From Albugo candida (taxonomy: Eukaryota), in the NCBI GenBank assembly GCA_040437565.1, contig JBDOQK010000001.1, positions 248,001 through 312,000 of the forward strand: a stretch of 64,000 bases of DNA, given 5' to 3'. Positions 13,163-24,942 of this stretch are shown one piece after another. The position numbers were made by a program, and so were the translations under genes. The notes under the pieces were generated by a model. The model had not been told where the DNA came from and made no database searches. It worked only from the letters and a program-made list of their open reading frames with translations. Position 1 is the stretch's first letter. Every line of letters starts with the position of its first letter.

Positions 13163-13868
13163 ATGGCGTCGAAAGAAATGGTTGTGTTCTGCTTTGATAC
13201 CTTACATCACCATTTTTTCGAGACTGAAGAGCCGAAAGAAAATTTCGACACTTCGATCTCATTGTACGTCTCGCTGCGGCAATTGAGCGCTTGAAACACA
13301 GTCTCTTCTATAGTCCACTCTTTGTCACCTGGGAACTCGAATCGGATACTAGTTCTGCGCTCGAATTGCGTGGCTGCATTGGGACATTGATGGAGATAAA
13401 GTTACAAAATCTTCGTGCATTCGCACTGAAAAGTGCCTTGAAAGATCAGCGATTTGATCCAATCCAACCAAATGAATTATCGAAACTCCACTGTACAGTG
13501 TCTCTTCTTATAGATTTCGAAGCTGCCGAAGATTATAAAGATTGGCAGGTAGAAATCTTTTTTATTGCTTATCGCGGTTCCTTAGTTCTACAATGCAGAT
13601 CGAAATTCATGGCATTACAATTGATTTATTGGTTGATACTGTGCGTTATCATGCAACATATCTTCCTGGCGTGGCCCACGAGCGTGGATGGGATCATGTA
13701 GAGACTATCTACTCACTCATGAGAAAAGCAGGATTTCGGGGTGCACTTTCCACAACCTTGCTGGATGATATAAAAGTAACGAGGTATCGTAGTTCCAAAG
13801 AGCACCTAAGTTATCAGGATTACGTTGCATGTACATCAAAAATGGTATCGAATAATAGAGGTAACTAA
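13163..13868 (+). CDS. AMMECR1: AMMECR1-domain protein
   Basis: [14 protein letters not shown] start; [24 protein letters not shown] and [13 protein letters not shown] motifs; two short introns. Confidence 0.93.
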
Positions 13869-13957
13869 GAAATGAAAATATAAACGCGGTCAAAATGTTT
13901 ACCGAAGGTATTAGAAAAAGCTGCTCTAAGCCAACGGCTCACATTTTGCGGAGCAGA

Positions 13958-15117
13958 ATGAGTAGAGCTCGCGTATACTGTGATGTGAACGAGACACGCC
14001 CTCGCGAATATTGGGACTATGAGAATCTGCAAGTCACTTGGGGGTACGCTTCATTATGATAACGTTTATTATACTTCTATTAACTTTATAACACGCATTT
14101 ACGTAGTGATCAAGACAATTATGAAGTTATTCGTAAAATTGGTCGTGGAAAGTACAGTGAAGTGTTTGAAGGCTATAATGTGACCAACAATTCAAAGTGT
14201 GTCATCAAAATACTGAAACCTGTCAAGAAGAAGAAAATCAAAAGGTATGAAACATGGTGTCTTATAACCTCCGCTTTATGTCATTTTGTGATTATAGAGA
14301 AATCAAGATATTACAAAATCTGTCTGGAGGTGTCAACATTGTCCAGCTATTGGACGTTGTGCGAGATCCGCAATCCAAGACACCAAGCCTCGTTTTTGAG
14401 CATGTAAACAACACAGACTTCAAATCATTGTATCCGACATTGACAGATTATGATATCCGTTATTATATCTACGAATTGTTGAAAGCTTTGGATTATTGTC
14501 ATTCCAACGGAATAATGCATCGCGATGTAAAACCTCACAACGTCATGATCGATCATGAGAAGCGACAATTGCGTTTAATTGATTGGGGTCTCGCTGAATT
14601 CTACCATGCAGGAAGAGAGTACAATGTCCGCGTAGCAAGTCGATATTTCAAAGGTCCAGAACTCCTGGTCGATATGCAGGAATATGATTATTCGCTCGAT
14701 ATGTGGAGTCTTGGATGCATGTTTGCCGGAATGATATTTCGCAAAGAACCCTTTTTTCATGGACATGATAATTGTGATCAATTGGTGAAAATTGCTAAAG
14801 TGAGAGGAACAGAAGAATTGTTCGATTATTTGTCGACATACGATTTGGAAATGGATCCACAATATGACGGGATTTTGGGATCTCATTCAAAAAAGGCGTT
14901 GGAAAAATTCATAACCGCAGAAAATAAGCATTTGGTCTCACCAGAAGCATTGGATTTTTTGGATCGATTACTGAGATACGATCATCAAGAGCGGTTAACA
15001 GCAAAAGAAGCAATGCAACATGTTTACTTCCTGCCAATCCGCGATGCTCAAGACCTGAAAACGCGTGGAATTCAGCATGCAGAGGAGATAACGAGCGTTT
15101 CAGATTCTAGTGCTTAA
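13958..15117 (+). CDS. CSNK2A1: Casein kinase II catalytic alpha subunit
   Basis: [61 protein letters not shown] and [14 protein letters not shown]; two short introns. Confidence 0.98.
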
Positions 15118-15459
15118 GTTGTAGAGTCCCATTCGTCACATTATCATCCATTATGTAGCTAAAATGCATGGAAGTGTTCCATGCAGAGATACAGGTGATG
15201 ACAAAGTGTATCCTTTCGTGTCGCTGCTCTTATCACGCGTTATAGGGTACATTCATCACGTCCGAACTTTTCGCGCTAACCAAATTGATGTCAGAGTGTA
15301 GCTGAGCATCGCGCCTTGATTCGTATGTGATCTGCATTCTTCGCGAATATGCAATTAAGGTCGCATGAATTTTAGCCAATCTTTGAATGAATCCTTCGCA
15401 TCCAATCATTCCATGACGATGCGCAATAGAGAGCCAGCCACGTGTACAAGCACTTTGCA

Positions 15460-17268
15460 ATGTGTCGCAATTGTGGTACTGTTGATCACCATCATAATGT
15501 CATAATTATTGGGGCAGGTATCGCTGGCCTTCGCTGTGCGTATGAGTTACGCCACATTCACGAGATTGCAGACGTTCTAGTAGTCGAGGCATCCGATCGC
15601 ATTGGAGGGTACGTGTGTGGTAATGGCTGAATCATTCGCCACGAACCTTCCTGCTCGATATTGCTAGACGAATTATGCAGAACGATACATTCTCGCCCGG
15701 GATGAAAATCGACCTTGGCGCTGAATTTGTCCATGGCGACAACACAAGCTTGACAAAATTGGCGCGGAAAGAAGGTTGGGATATGTACGAAATCTTCACT
15801 TGGGCACAGGTAGTGGGTCCTTCCTCATAAGATTGTATACTGTTTCGCATCGATTAATCAGCCGTGAGATGGAATCGCATCGATTACCTCGTATCTTTTC
15901 GGCCTTCATACGCATGCAAGATGAATATTTGCTTCCTAATTAGCACGGCATGAAGGCCTAGCGATATAATCGTTGGCCATGTATGTTCTCGCGAAGCAGT
16001 TCTTGCTTTGTGGGTTACCATTGTCCACCATGTCGAGTCAAACCGATTGCAAACATAACCTGTTGCCATACGTAACATTGAAATAATTATCTTCGCCTAA
16101 CTGATTTTCCTTTGCTTCCTAGGGAGATGGTGGACCAGATCAGGCTTCGCATGTCAATGGTGCTGGATATTATTTTCTCGGTGAACAGAACCGAATGCTC
16201 CGATTCGATGATTCAGATCCCGACTTTTGCAGCTTTAATAGTGCTGTCGAGGCGCTTAGTGGCGTCCAAAATGTTGACCAAATATCAAAGAATCAGTCAA
16301 TGATGGACTACTTCAAGACGTATAATTTGTCGGACAGCATTTTGAAGCTCGCTGAAGCCGGCTATGGAAATACTGCTGGAGGTAGACTGGACGATATCTC
16401 GCTTCGGGTAACGTGCGAGTATGAAAAGCAGTGGCTACAAATCGAAGAAGACGGCGATTTTCGATTTGCCGATACATACCAATGCGTTGTCGATCGGTAC
16501 TCATCGGATATCGACATAAAGCTGAGCTCTCCGATCGTATCCGTTAATTACACAGACCCCAAGCGAATTTTACTTACGTTATCGAATAAACAGCAAATCG
16601 GTTGCAATCGACTTGTTATAACAGTTCCTATTGCCACTTTTAATGATATCAAATACGTTCCAGAGCTTCCAAAGGAGAAGCTTGATGCTGTCAATTCTTT
16701 CGGAATGACTCGCGCTATCAAAATCATTCTACTTGTCTCTGAGCAGTTTTGGCCATCTGACACGCATGGTGTCATCTGCTCCGACATGTTTATTCCAGAA
16801 TTCTGGATCAATTCCACTGCCGGAATTGGCTTCCTGCACAAATTCACATCCGCATCACAAGAATTCGCGTCAGAGGTTCTCTATACTATTACTGGTTTCG
16901 CGACCTCAGATTTTGCCGACAAAGTGTGCAAATTTTCAAAAGAAGACGTCATTGAGCAATTTGTGAGTCAATTGGATCGTATATATGGCGATGAAACACT
17001 TCCAACTCCCGCAACACTTTCTTTCATCAAAGGAATGTATTTCGACTGGGGTGATGTGCCATTCATACGAGGAGGGTATAGCTATCCCAAAGTTGGCCAA
17101 TGCGAAGGAGCATCCGAGAAAGTAGCAAAATCCATCGAAAATCGGATCTTCTTTGCTGGTGAAGCGACATCGTTTGAGCGGCCAGGAATGGCTGTACATT
17201 GCGCTATGGACACTGGTGAGCGCGCAGCCAGAGAAGTGTTGCTTTCGCTACGAGATCGAACTGTATAG
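15460..17268 (+). CDS. Flavin-containing amine oxidase (polyamine oxidase/LSD1-like family)
   Basis: VIIIGAGIAGL...VEASDRIGGR FAD-binding motif, IDLGAEFVHG, W-x4-FIRGGYSY and IFFAGEAT...VHCAMDTGERAA. Introns 15609-15667 and 15810-16122 are in frame. Confidence 0.92.
15898..16080 (+). ncRNA. Candidate intronic structured RNA (H/ACA snoRNA-like)
   Basis: 9-bp stem 15901-15909/15950-15958, ANANNA box at 15964-15969, second stem system with an 11-bp GU-rich hairpin, and ACA at 16075-16077, all inside the 313-nt intron 2. Confidence 0.4.
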
Positions 17269-17426
17269 ATCTCTTCCCAACTTCTACAATTTGCTCGCTT
17301 CAAACGAGATAGTGAAAATTCCCTGTATAAAATGTTAAAAAGCAATGACATCACATTTGTATTGTAGTTGTTTTCTACCAATCACGCAGTAGAACGTCTT
17401 CTTTATGAGCTCATACAAATTGAAGG

Positions 17427-20244
17427 AATTTGATTACTCTGTGCGCGTGAATATCGCCAATGACTCTGTTTGTTACAAAAAAGTATGCTCAGTCGTGATG
17501 AGATTGGAATTGGAGGACAGAGTGGGATCGATACGCAATGTATGTCTAACGATAAAGTATTGATACGTTTATGCTAAGCAAATATGTGTCCAGTTGATCT
17601 TGGAATTGAGTGCTCAAGAATTAGCACAGATGATCATGCAAATGACCAGTACGGTGCAGGTAGATCNNNNNNNNNNNNNNNNNNNNNNNNNNNNNNNNNN
17701 NNNNNNNNNNNNNNNNNNNNNNNNNNNNNNNNNNNNNNNNNNNNNNNNNNNNNNNNNNNNNNNNNNCTTTTTTGTAACAAACAGAGTCATTGGCGATATT
17801 CACGCGCACAGAGTAATCAAATTCCTTCAATTTGATTACTCTGTGCGCGTGAATATCGCCAATGACTCTGTTTGTTACAAAAAAGTATGCTCAGTCGTGA
17901 TGAGATTGGAATTGGAGGACAGAGTGGGATCGATACGCAATGTATGTCTAACGATAAAGTATTGATACGTTTATGCTAAGCAAATATGTGTCCAGTTGAT
18001 CTTGGAATTGAGTGCTCAAGAATTAGCACAGATGATCATGCAAATGACCAGTACGGTGCAGGTAGATCTTCAAGCGTCATACTTGATGGTGACCTTAATG
18101 TTTATGCATATACCATAGAGAATCAAAGAGGCAAAAGCCCAGAATTCGGAAATATATAATATCTCAGGTGGCAATGATGTCATTGCCACGAAATGAGACG
18201 ATCAAAGGATATTTGCTCGATAGGAAGACATACTCGTGAATACCTCGTATCTCGCTTTGATCCTTTGATAGAATCATGAGTTTCTGTAAAGTGACAGAGG
18301 TAGAATGCTGGTAATTGGGTCTGTTTTGTCCACATAAGTCAATATTACGTTGGTACACATAATTCTTGCTTGACAAAACGAATGTTTACAATCGTGTAAA
18401 CGCTTTGGTTTGCTGNNNNNNNNNNNNNNNNNNNNNNNNNNNNNNNNNNNNNNNNNNNNNNNNNNNNNNNNNNNNNNNNNNNNNNNNNNNNNNNNNNNNN
18501 NNNNNNNNNNNNNNNTCATTGCCACGAAATGAGACGATCAAAGGATATTTGCTCGATAGGAAGACATACTCGTGAATACCTCGTATCTCGCTTTGATCCT
18601 TTGATAGAATCATGAGTTTCTGTAAAGTGACAGAGGTAGAATGCTGGTAATTGGGTCTGTTTTGTCCACATAAGTCAATATTACGTTGGTACACATAATT
18701 CTTGCTTGACAAAACGAATGTTTACAATCGTGTAAACGCTTTGGTTTGCTGAGAATGCTCATATGAGAGTTGGCTGTGCATCTAGGACTGCAGCGTATGA
18801 TGAGCGTCTTTATCAAAGATAAATTTATTCTGGAAAGCAAGAAATCATTGTACATGTTGCACTAGTTGATAGTACGACTGAAGTAAGTCTGGATCGCACC
18901 TATTTTATCAAACTCTGTACAGGCACATCGGCATTCTTGTCGCTTTGTGCCAATTTGCATCCATAGATATTGATCTTTGCGTATAGATGCTTGCCTTCTT
19001 CAAAAATCTGTCAATTCGTCAATGGTCATCACTGGCTCTTGATCTCTAGATCATGGAAAGTAGTACATGACCGCCTTGTAGAGTTGTGACTCGATGCTAC
19101 TCTTTGACCAAAGTCGTAAGTTTTTCTAATAGAGGGGCGGCCCTTTGGAGAACAATATAGAACTAGGACGATGTCACACAGTTTTCATCACTACCAGGTC
19201 GTCATATCAGCCTGTCTAGCGCTTTCTTCGAATAGCACTCAATGGCAGGTTGTGTCCTAAGACCGGAGAAAACGTCTAGACTATTTCTCATTCTGTTTTA
19301 TAATTGAGAAGTCTGTAGAGTAGAGTCATTATTCTTCATGAGGATACCTTGTAAATCATTGCAATTCCAAAAAAGCTTGTGGACGTAGATAAGGAGTCCA
19401 TTGTAGTCAAATTGAGTCTCTTTCTCACACATTTCACAATCACGCTTGNNNNNNNNNNNNNNNNNNNNNNNNNNNNNNNNNNNNNNNNNNNNNNNNNNNN
19501 NNNNNNNNNNNNNNNNNNNNNNNNNNNNNNNNNNNNNNNNNNNNNNNNGAATGCTCATATGAGAGTTGGCTGTGCATCTAGGACTGCAGCGTATGATGAG
19601 CGTCTTTATCAAAGATAAATTTATTCTGGAAAGCAAGAAATCATTGTACATGTTGCACTAGTTGATAGTACGACTGAAGTAAGTCTGGATCGCACCTATT
19701 TTATCAAACTCTGTACAGGCACATCGGCATTCTTGTCGCTTTGTGCCAATTTGCATCCATAGATATTGATCTTTGCGTATAGATGCTTGCCTTCTTCAAA
19801 AATCTGTCAATTCGTCAATGGTCATCACTGGCTCTTGATCTCTAGATCATGGAAAGTAGTACATGACCGCCTTGTAGAGTTGTGACTCGATGCTACTCTT
19901 TGACCAAAGTCGTAAGTTTTTCTAATAGAGGGGCGGCCCTTTGGAGAACAATATAGAACTAGGACGATGTCACACAGTTTTCATCACTACCAGGTCGTCA
20001 TATCAGCCTGTCTAGCGCTTTCTTCGAATAGCACTCAATGGCAGGTTGTGTCCTAAGACCGGAGAAAACGTCTAGACTATTTCTCATTCTGTTTTATAAT
20101 TGAGAAGTCTGTAGAGTAGAGTCATTATTCTTCATGAGGATACCTTGTAAATCATTGCAATTCCAAAAAAGCTTGTGGACGTAGATAAGGAGTCCATTGT
20201 AGTCAAATTGAGTCTCTTTCTCACACATTTCACAATCACGCTTG
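17427..20244. repeat. Three gap-flanking identical duplications (17427-17666=17829-18068; 18180-18415=18516-18751; 18753-19448=19549-20244)
   Basis: Offsets 402, 336 and 796 across gaps 17667-17766, 18416-18515 and 19449-19548. Confidence 0.9.
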
Positions 20245-20640
20245 AAGACATCATTTTCGTACGAGACACACTTTTTCTCCTTCAATGGGACAGCTCATTT
20301 GGAAGGGCTTTTTTAATTTTCCAGACTCTATTGACCCTGAGGAAGCAATGGTGTTTTACAGCTAACGTGATATCTGTACCTTGATTCCTCTGTCAAACAC
20401 CTTACCTGAGCTTGGTTGCGAAGCGGTAAGGCTATGAGAACACTCCTACTAAAGCAAGAACATATCTTCCACCACAAGATCTTCATCCTTGCCTTGTTGG
20501 TCAGCTATTGAGCATGGTGTAAATATAAAAGTGGTTGGACTGCCAGATTAGGATATGAAACACCTATTGAAGCGTTACCTGACTCAAAGATTCTCGAATT
20601 TGGCTCATGCGCAATTTCAATATCAAAATGGGACACCTAG
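17427..20640 (+). mobile_element. Highly decayed Ty1/Copia-like pol remnant (tentative)
   Basis: Fragments appear in Copia order: VRVNIAND...VVMRLELE (protease region), WKVVHDRL (cf. WH-x-RLGH), KARTYL...ETPIEA...SNLAH (integrase tail). Many stops and frameshifts; no LTR seen. Confidence 0.3.
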
Positions 20641-22068
20641 ATGCCCGAAACCTGTCAGGTTCACCTAACAATCCCAAAGAGTTACATATTTCGTGAATGT
20701 GGAAGCGCACCTAACATTAAAAGGAGCGCAAAAAAGCATAGTAGCCAGTACCGTAATGTTTCGCCAAGAAACGACAACATGGCGACTCTTCTGCCTCTGT
20801 ATTCTGTCTAAAAAATCAATCTGACAAATCAAAGCTTCCCGAAGTCGTCTACTTGAGAGAAAAGCAGTCGCTCCATAACCTGAAAGGAAAAAGAGAGCCG
20901 AATAGATAACATCGTGGGTGACAAAAGAGGCATACATTTCGGTTCCTTCAATGTCCTACAATACAAGCCGTGATTTAAGCAGAGTTTCTCGACATTCAGC
21001 TTCACAGAAGTAAGCTTTGCTTCACCGCCGCATCGGGTGTACTCGATCCCATTGCCTAATGTAATCCGCTCATGTGTGAATTGATCGAATGAGCAATTCA
21101 TATTTATCTATAGGATGATTGCATGTCGAGGACAGAACCTCAATCTCTTTTACAATGTTTTATGGCAACATGTGTTTCGCCAGTCTATACAGGATGCCTG
21201 AAGTACGATCTGTACTGACCGATTTGAATCCCCTTAACAGCAAATAATTCTATAAGTAGGCATGCTCCGATATTCGACCATACTCTAGTCATAAGATTGT
21301 TATTCTTGGTCGTTGAGACTTCCACGCCGCAATCCTTTCTATACGAGATTCTCCTCGAGCATATTGATTAATTAGTACATCAAACGAACTAGGTTGGTCA
21401 GCATTTTCAGTGACTGTAAGAAAAACTCGTCCGCCGTATTTCGTATATGTAGCATACCGATTGCCGTAAAGCCACATGCAAAGTATCGAGCATTGAATGA
21501 GCAGTTCCGTTATAGTCTGGTTGCTTTAGGCAAGACAAAAATCCGATGACTCCAAATTGCAACCGCTCCCTTCATTCACATTCCAACCATCCTTGACATT
21601 CGGCCATACAAAGCATCACATTAGGCATTAAGTATCACACCAACACTAACGAGCCAACAGAAATGTGCGTTAGAGGATTTCTAGTTCGTTCGAATCAATA
21701 ACCGTCTGCTAAGGCTTACACCCAAATTCGGCTCGTATGCACTGAAAAAAATCAACAATTTGAGATCTGTACGATTTGACCGAATGAGAGATAGAAGAGA
21801 GTGGAATAGTGGAATCGACAAGGACAAGCTTACGAATCAATAGAGACGCTGTAATTCAATACAAAACATAGCGACGATACAATTTAACTTGCTTGTATGC
21901 GTTGATCAATCAAACCCATCAGTATCACGAGGAAAGCCTACAGATAGCAGTCATGTAGCTTTAAAAAAAAAAGCCGCTTCAAGTTGCACCATAACTTAAC
22001 GAGAACAGTTATGCGTATAAAGTTAATGAAAATGTTTGTTTCGCGTAAATCTTGGTTTCCCGCCAACA

Positions 22069-24394
22069 ATGCTATGGCCTCGTGAGGAATTTGTGGCTGC
22101 TTACAACCAAATCAAGCATGATAGTATACAACATGGTGGTTGCAGCATTCTCATCCTTGTTGCTATGGACGTAGACGCTCTTTGTGCGAGCGAAATCCTC
22201 ACCCAATTATTCAAAGCCGACTTTATGAGCTTCTCCTTAGTGGCTGTCCACGGATATGACGACATCCAACGCATCGGAAATGGACGTTTTCACGATGAAA
22301 ATGGAAAGGTACGAGAAGATACCGATTTACGGTCAGTTATATTTGTCAATTGTGGCGCAATTGTGAATGTTTCGTCGCTTTTCCAACTTCCAAAAATCGT
22401 AAAATGTTATATTTTGGACAGTCATCGGCCGATACATTTGTCAAATATATACGACACGTCAAAGCAAATTATAGTGTTTGAAGACGGCGGAACAGGCGTC
22501 GAAGCGATTCCCGAAGATGGATCTGACCTCGATATGGACGAATTCGATGATTCCAGCGTTGACGAAAGCGTAGAAGATGGAGAAGAGGTAGAATCAGAAG
22601 ATTTAAAAGCCAAAACGACGGACACAGATATTCAAGGTGGACATGATGCTGATATACTAAATCCGGATACTTTAGAGGAAAAAGTATTGTCCTCCGATAA
22701 AGCAGAGAAGCGTAGACGTCGAGAAGAGATTCTTCAGTACTATCGAGGGTCATATTGTGGAGCCCCAGTTGCTACGATCGCCTTTGAATTAGCTCAGCAG
22801 CTAAATTGCAGCCACAACGATCTCATATGGTACGCCATTTTGGGACTCACAAAACAATTTTTGCTGGAGCAAATCGATATGGACGACTACAATCTCTTGG
22901 TCCATTTCTTCCAGGATGAGATTCTCACAGTGGAATCCAGCTCCACAGAAGCTGGTAGCGAGTTCTCACAAGGTCGGAACTTGGACGGTACCGTCAAGAC
23001 AATGCCTCAGCCTCCCACGCTAGCGTCCAATCCAGCTTATGAGCATGAAAAAATCACATTTGAGGAAGAATACCGCTTCATGTTGTATCGACATTGGTCT
23101 TTATACGATAGCATGTATTATTCTGACTATATCGCGTCCAAATTAGGTCTCTACATGAGCCCTCATCCGCGTTCAAATCTGAGCGGAAATGCGTTCATTC
23201 CAAATGGGTCTATGGGTAACGAATCCGCACTTCATGTGTGGCTAGCTCGGATGGGATTCTCGCTCAAACAAAGTCAACAAATGTACATGTACATGCCTCT
23301 GCAGATGAAGACGCAACTGCGTGAAAAAACACAAGAGTTAGCCCAAGAATTTAAACTTGAAGATCTCTGCTACGGCTCTTTCAAACGCCAGTACGCGTTC
23401 CAATATCATCAAAGTGCAGCTGACGCAGTGTATGGTCTTCAAGCGCTCCTGGAAGCCCCGGCCTCGTGTATACTCCGCAATCTATCTGAGCAAAATAAGC
23501 GTCAAAGTCAAAAGACTTGTTTTGGTGGAGGCGCAAGTTTCCCTCACAGTAATCTGAGCAGTCTGCTCACTTTTGCGAGCAAAGATCACGCGAGTTTGAA
23601 TCCATCGATCGATACGTTTACGGGCACAACGAAACAGGACAGCTGCATCAAGTCTCAAAGTACTGAGAGCACTTTGCAAGAGCGTTCGGTGCCTCCATCG
23701 GAAGCACCTGAAAATGGTTTTTGGCAGCAGAATTTCATCCTAGCACACACAGCACTGTCTTGTAAAAGTGTTTTGTCCAGCAGTTTGATGGAGACGGGCA
23801 TTCATGTCGCGATGGAAATCAAGCAGGCGATTGTTCGTGTGGGACGCTCCATACTGGAACGCAAACTAATTCGTCGTGTAAAGCATTTTCGATACGCCAG
23901 TTTGTCGATTCCAGAGCGTGATCAAGAGCTATTTTGGAATCCAAATATCCTCACACAATTATCGCTATTCCTATTGTCCATGTATCGTGCCAGTGGACGA
24001 TGGCTTCATGACCCGAATTCCACTAAACGACAGCGGACAGCTGAAGACGTCGTCGAAGAAGATCAAGAGCATGAGAGCAACACGGGTATTGGTAAGCAGA
24101 TTGTTCCGCTCGTACTCATCACACAGCATCCTTCTCGTCAGTGCTATCTCGTCGTTGGAGTTACTTGTCCTCCATCGGCCGGACAAGTTTATCGCAAGTA
24201 AGCTTTGCTTTTGATACATGTCCTTTTCTCTGACTTGTATTCTATGTAGTACTCTTGGCACTGCATTCCGGCTAGCCGCTGAAGAAACAGGTGGTCAATT
24301 CCGACAGAATGGATTCACGAGCGCGGTAATGGAGCTGGAAATGCAAGATATATTTACATTTATCGAGCAGTTGCACAATGTCCTCGACGCGTGA
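22069..24394 (+). CDS. CDC45: Cell division control protein 45 (CMG helicase component)
   Basis: DVDALCA, VNCGA, LDSHRPIHLSN, WYAILGLT, RFMLYRHWSLYDSM and LARMGFSL motifs. A 3' intron near 24198-24249 leads to the terminal exon NTLGTAFRLAAEETG...NVLDA*. Confidence 0.96.
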
Positions 24395-24942
24395 GATCGA
24401 TACTCGTTTTTTTCCACTTACAAGGCTGCCATTGTGGCCCGCAGAGGTCGACACTGTAATGGCTTTTTTATCGAGCGTTTTAGCTGAATCAGCAGTTCGA
24501 ACGGCGAGGAGGAGCAGCTGGTTGGATACCATGACGAAATCCCACCGCGTGGGTGTCGTATTACTCAGCTCGAAGACGTTTGTGATTCGCACACATTGAG
24601 AAAATAGTAGCGCGATCGCGAGCTTTTATTCTTAGGCGTTTGTATGCTTATAAACAGAATTGATGGCTTATACTTTACCATAGAGCCCAATGTATTGTTT
24701 GACTGTGTATCGATAGCGATTAAAGACTCGTAATTGCGCCTAAAGTAAGCGTATATGTGGCTGTAGGAGGGAGCTGATTCCGCATATTGTCAGCAAGAAT
24801 AGTGAATACGCAATTGTGTAGGACAACTGCTTTATCACGAGCCTGTACCGATCGAACGAGCACGAGGCAATTGACACCATCAGTGTCGTATCGCCTTGAT
24901 TATTGTGAGCACACAAAAGCCTTAATCATAATAGAAATTCGA

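Noticed and set aside
15810-16122. TPP riboswitch in the long intron
   Set aside because: Lacks the conserved CUGAGA and ACCUGAU core, and the host gene is not thiamine-related.
20665-20937. 90-aa minus ORF with a hydrophobic stretch and RRLR
   Set aside because: Poor signal-peptide structure, no acidic EER-like motif, and it lies in decayed sequence; RxLR occurs often by chance.
24272-24599. Short ORFs on both strands after CDC45
   Set aside because: They overlap the CDC45 terminal exon and carry no recognisable motif.
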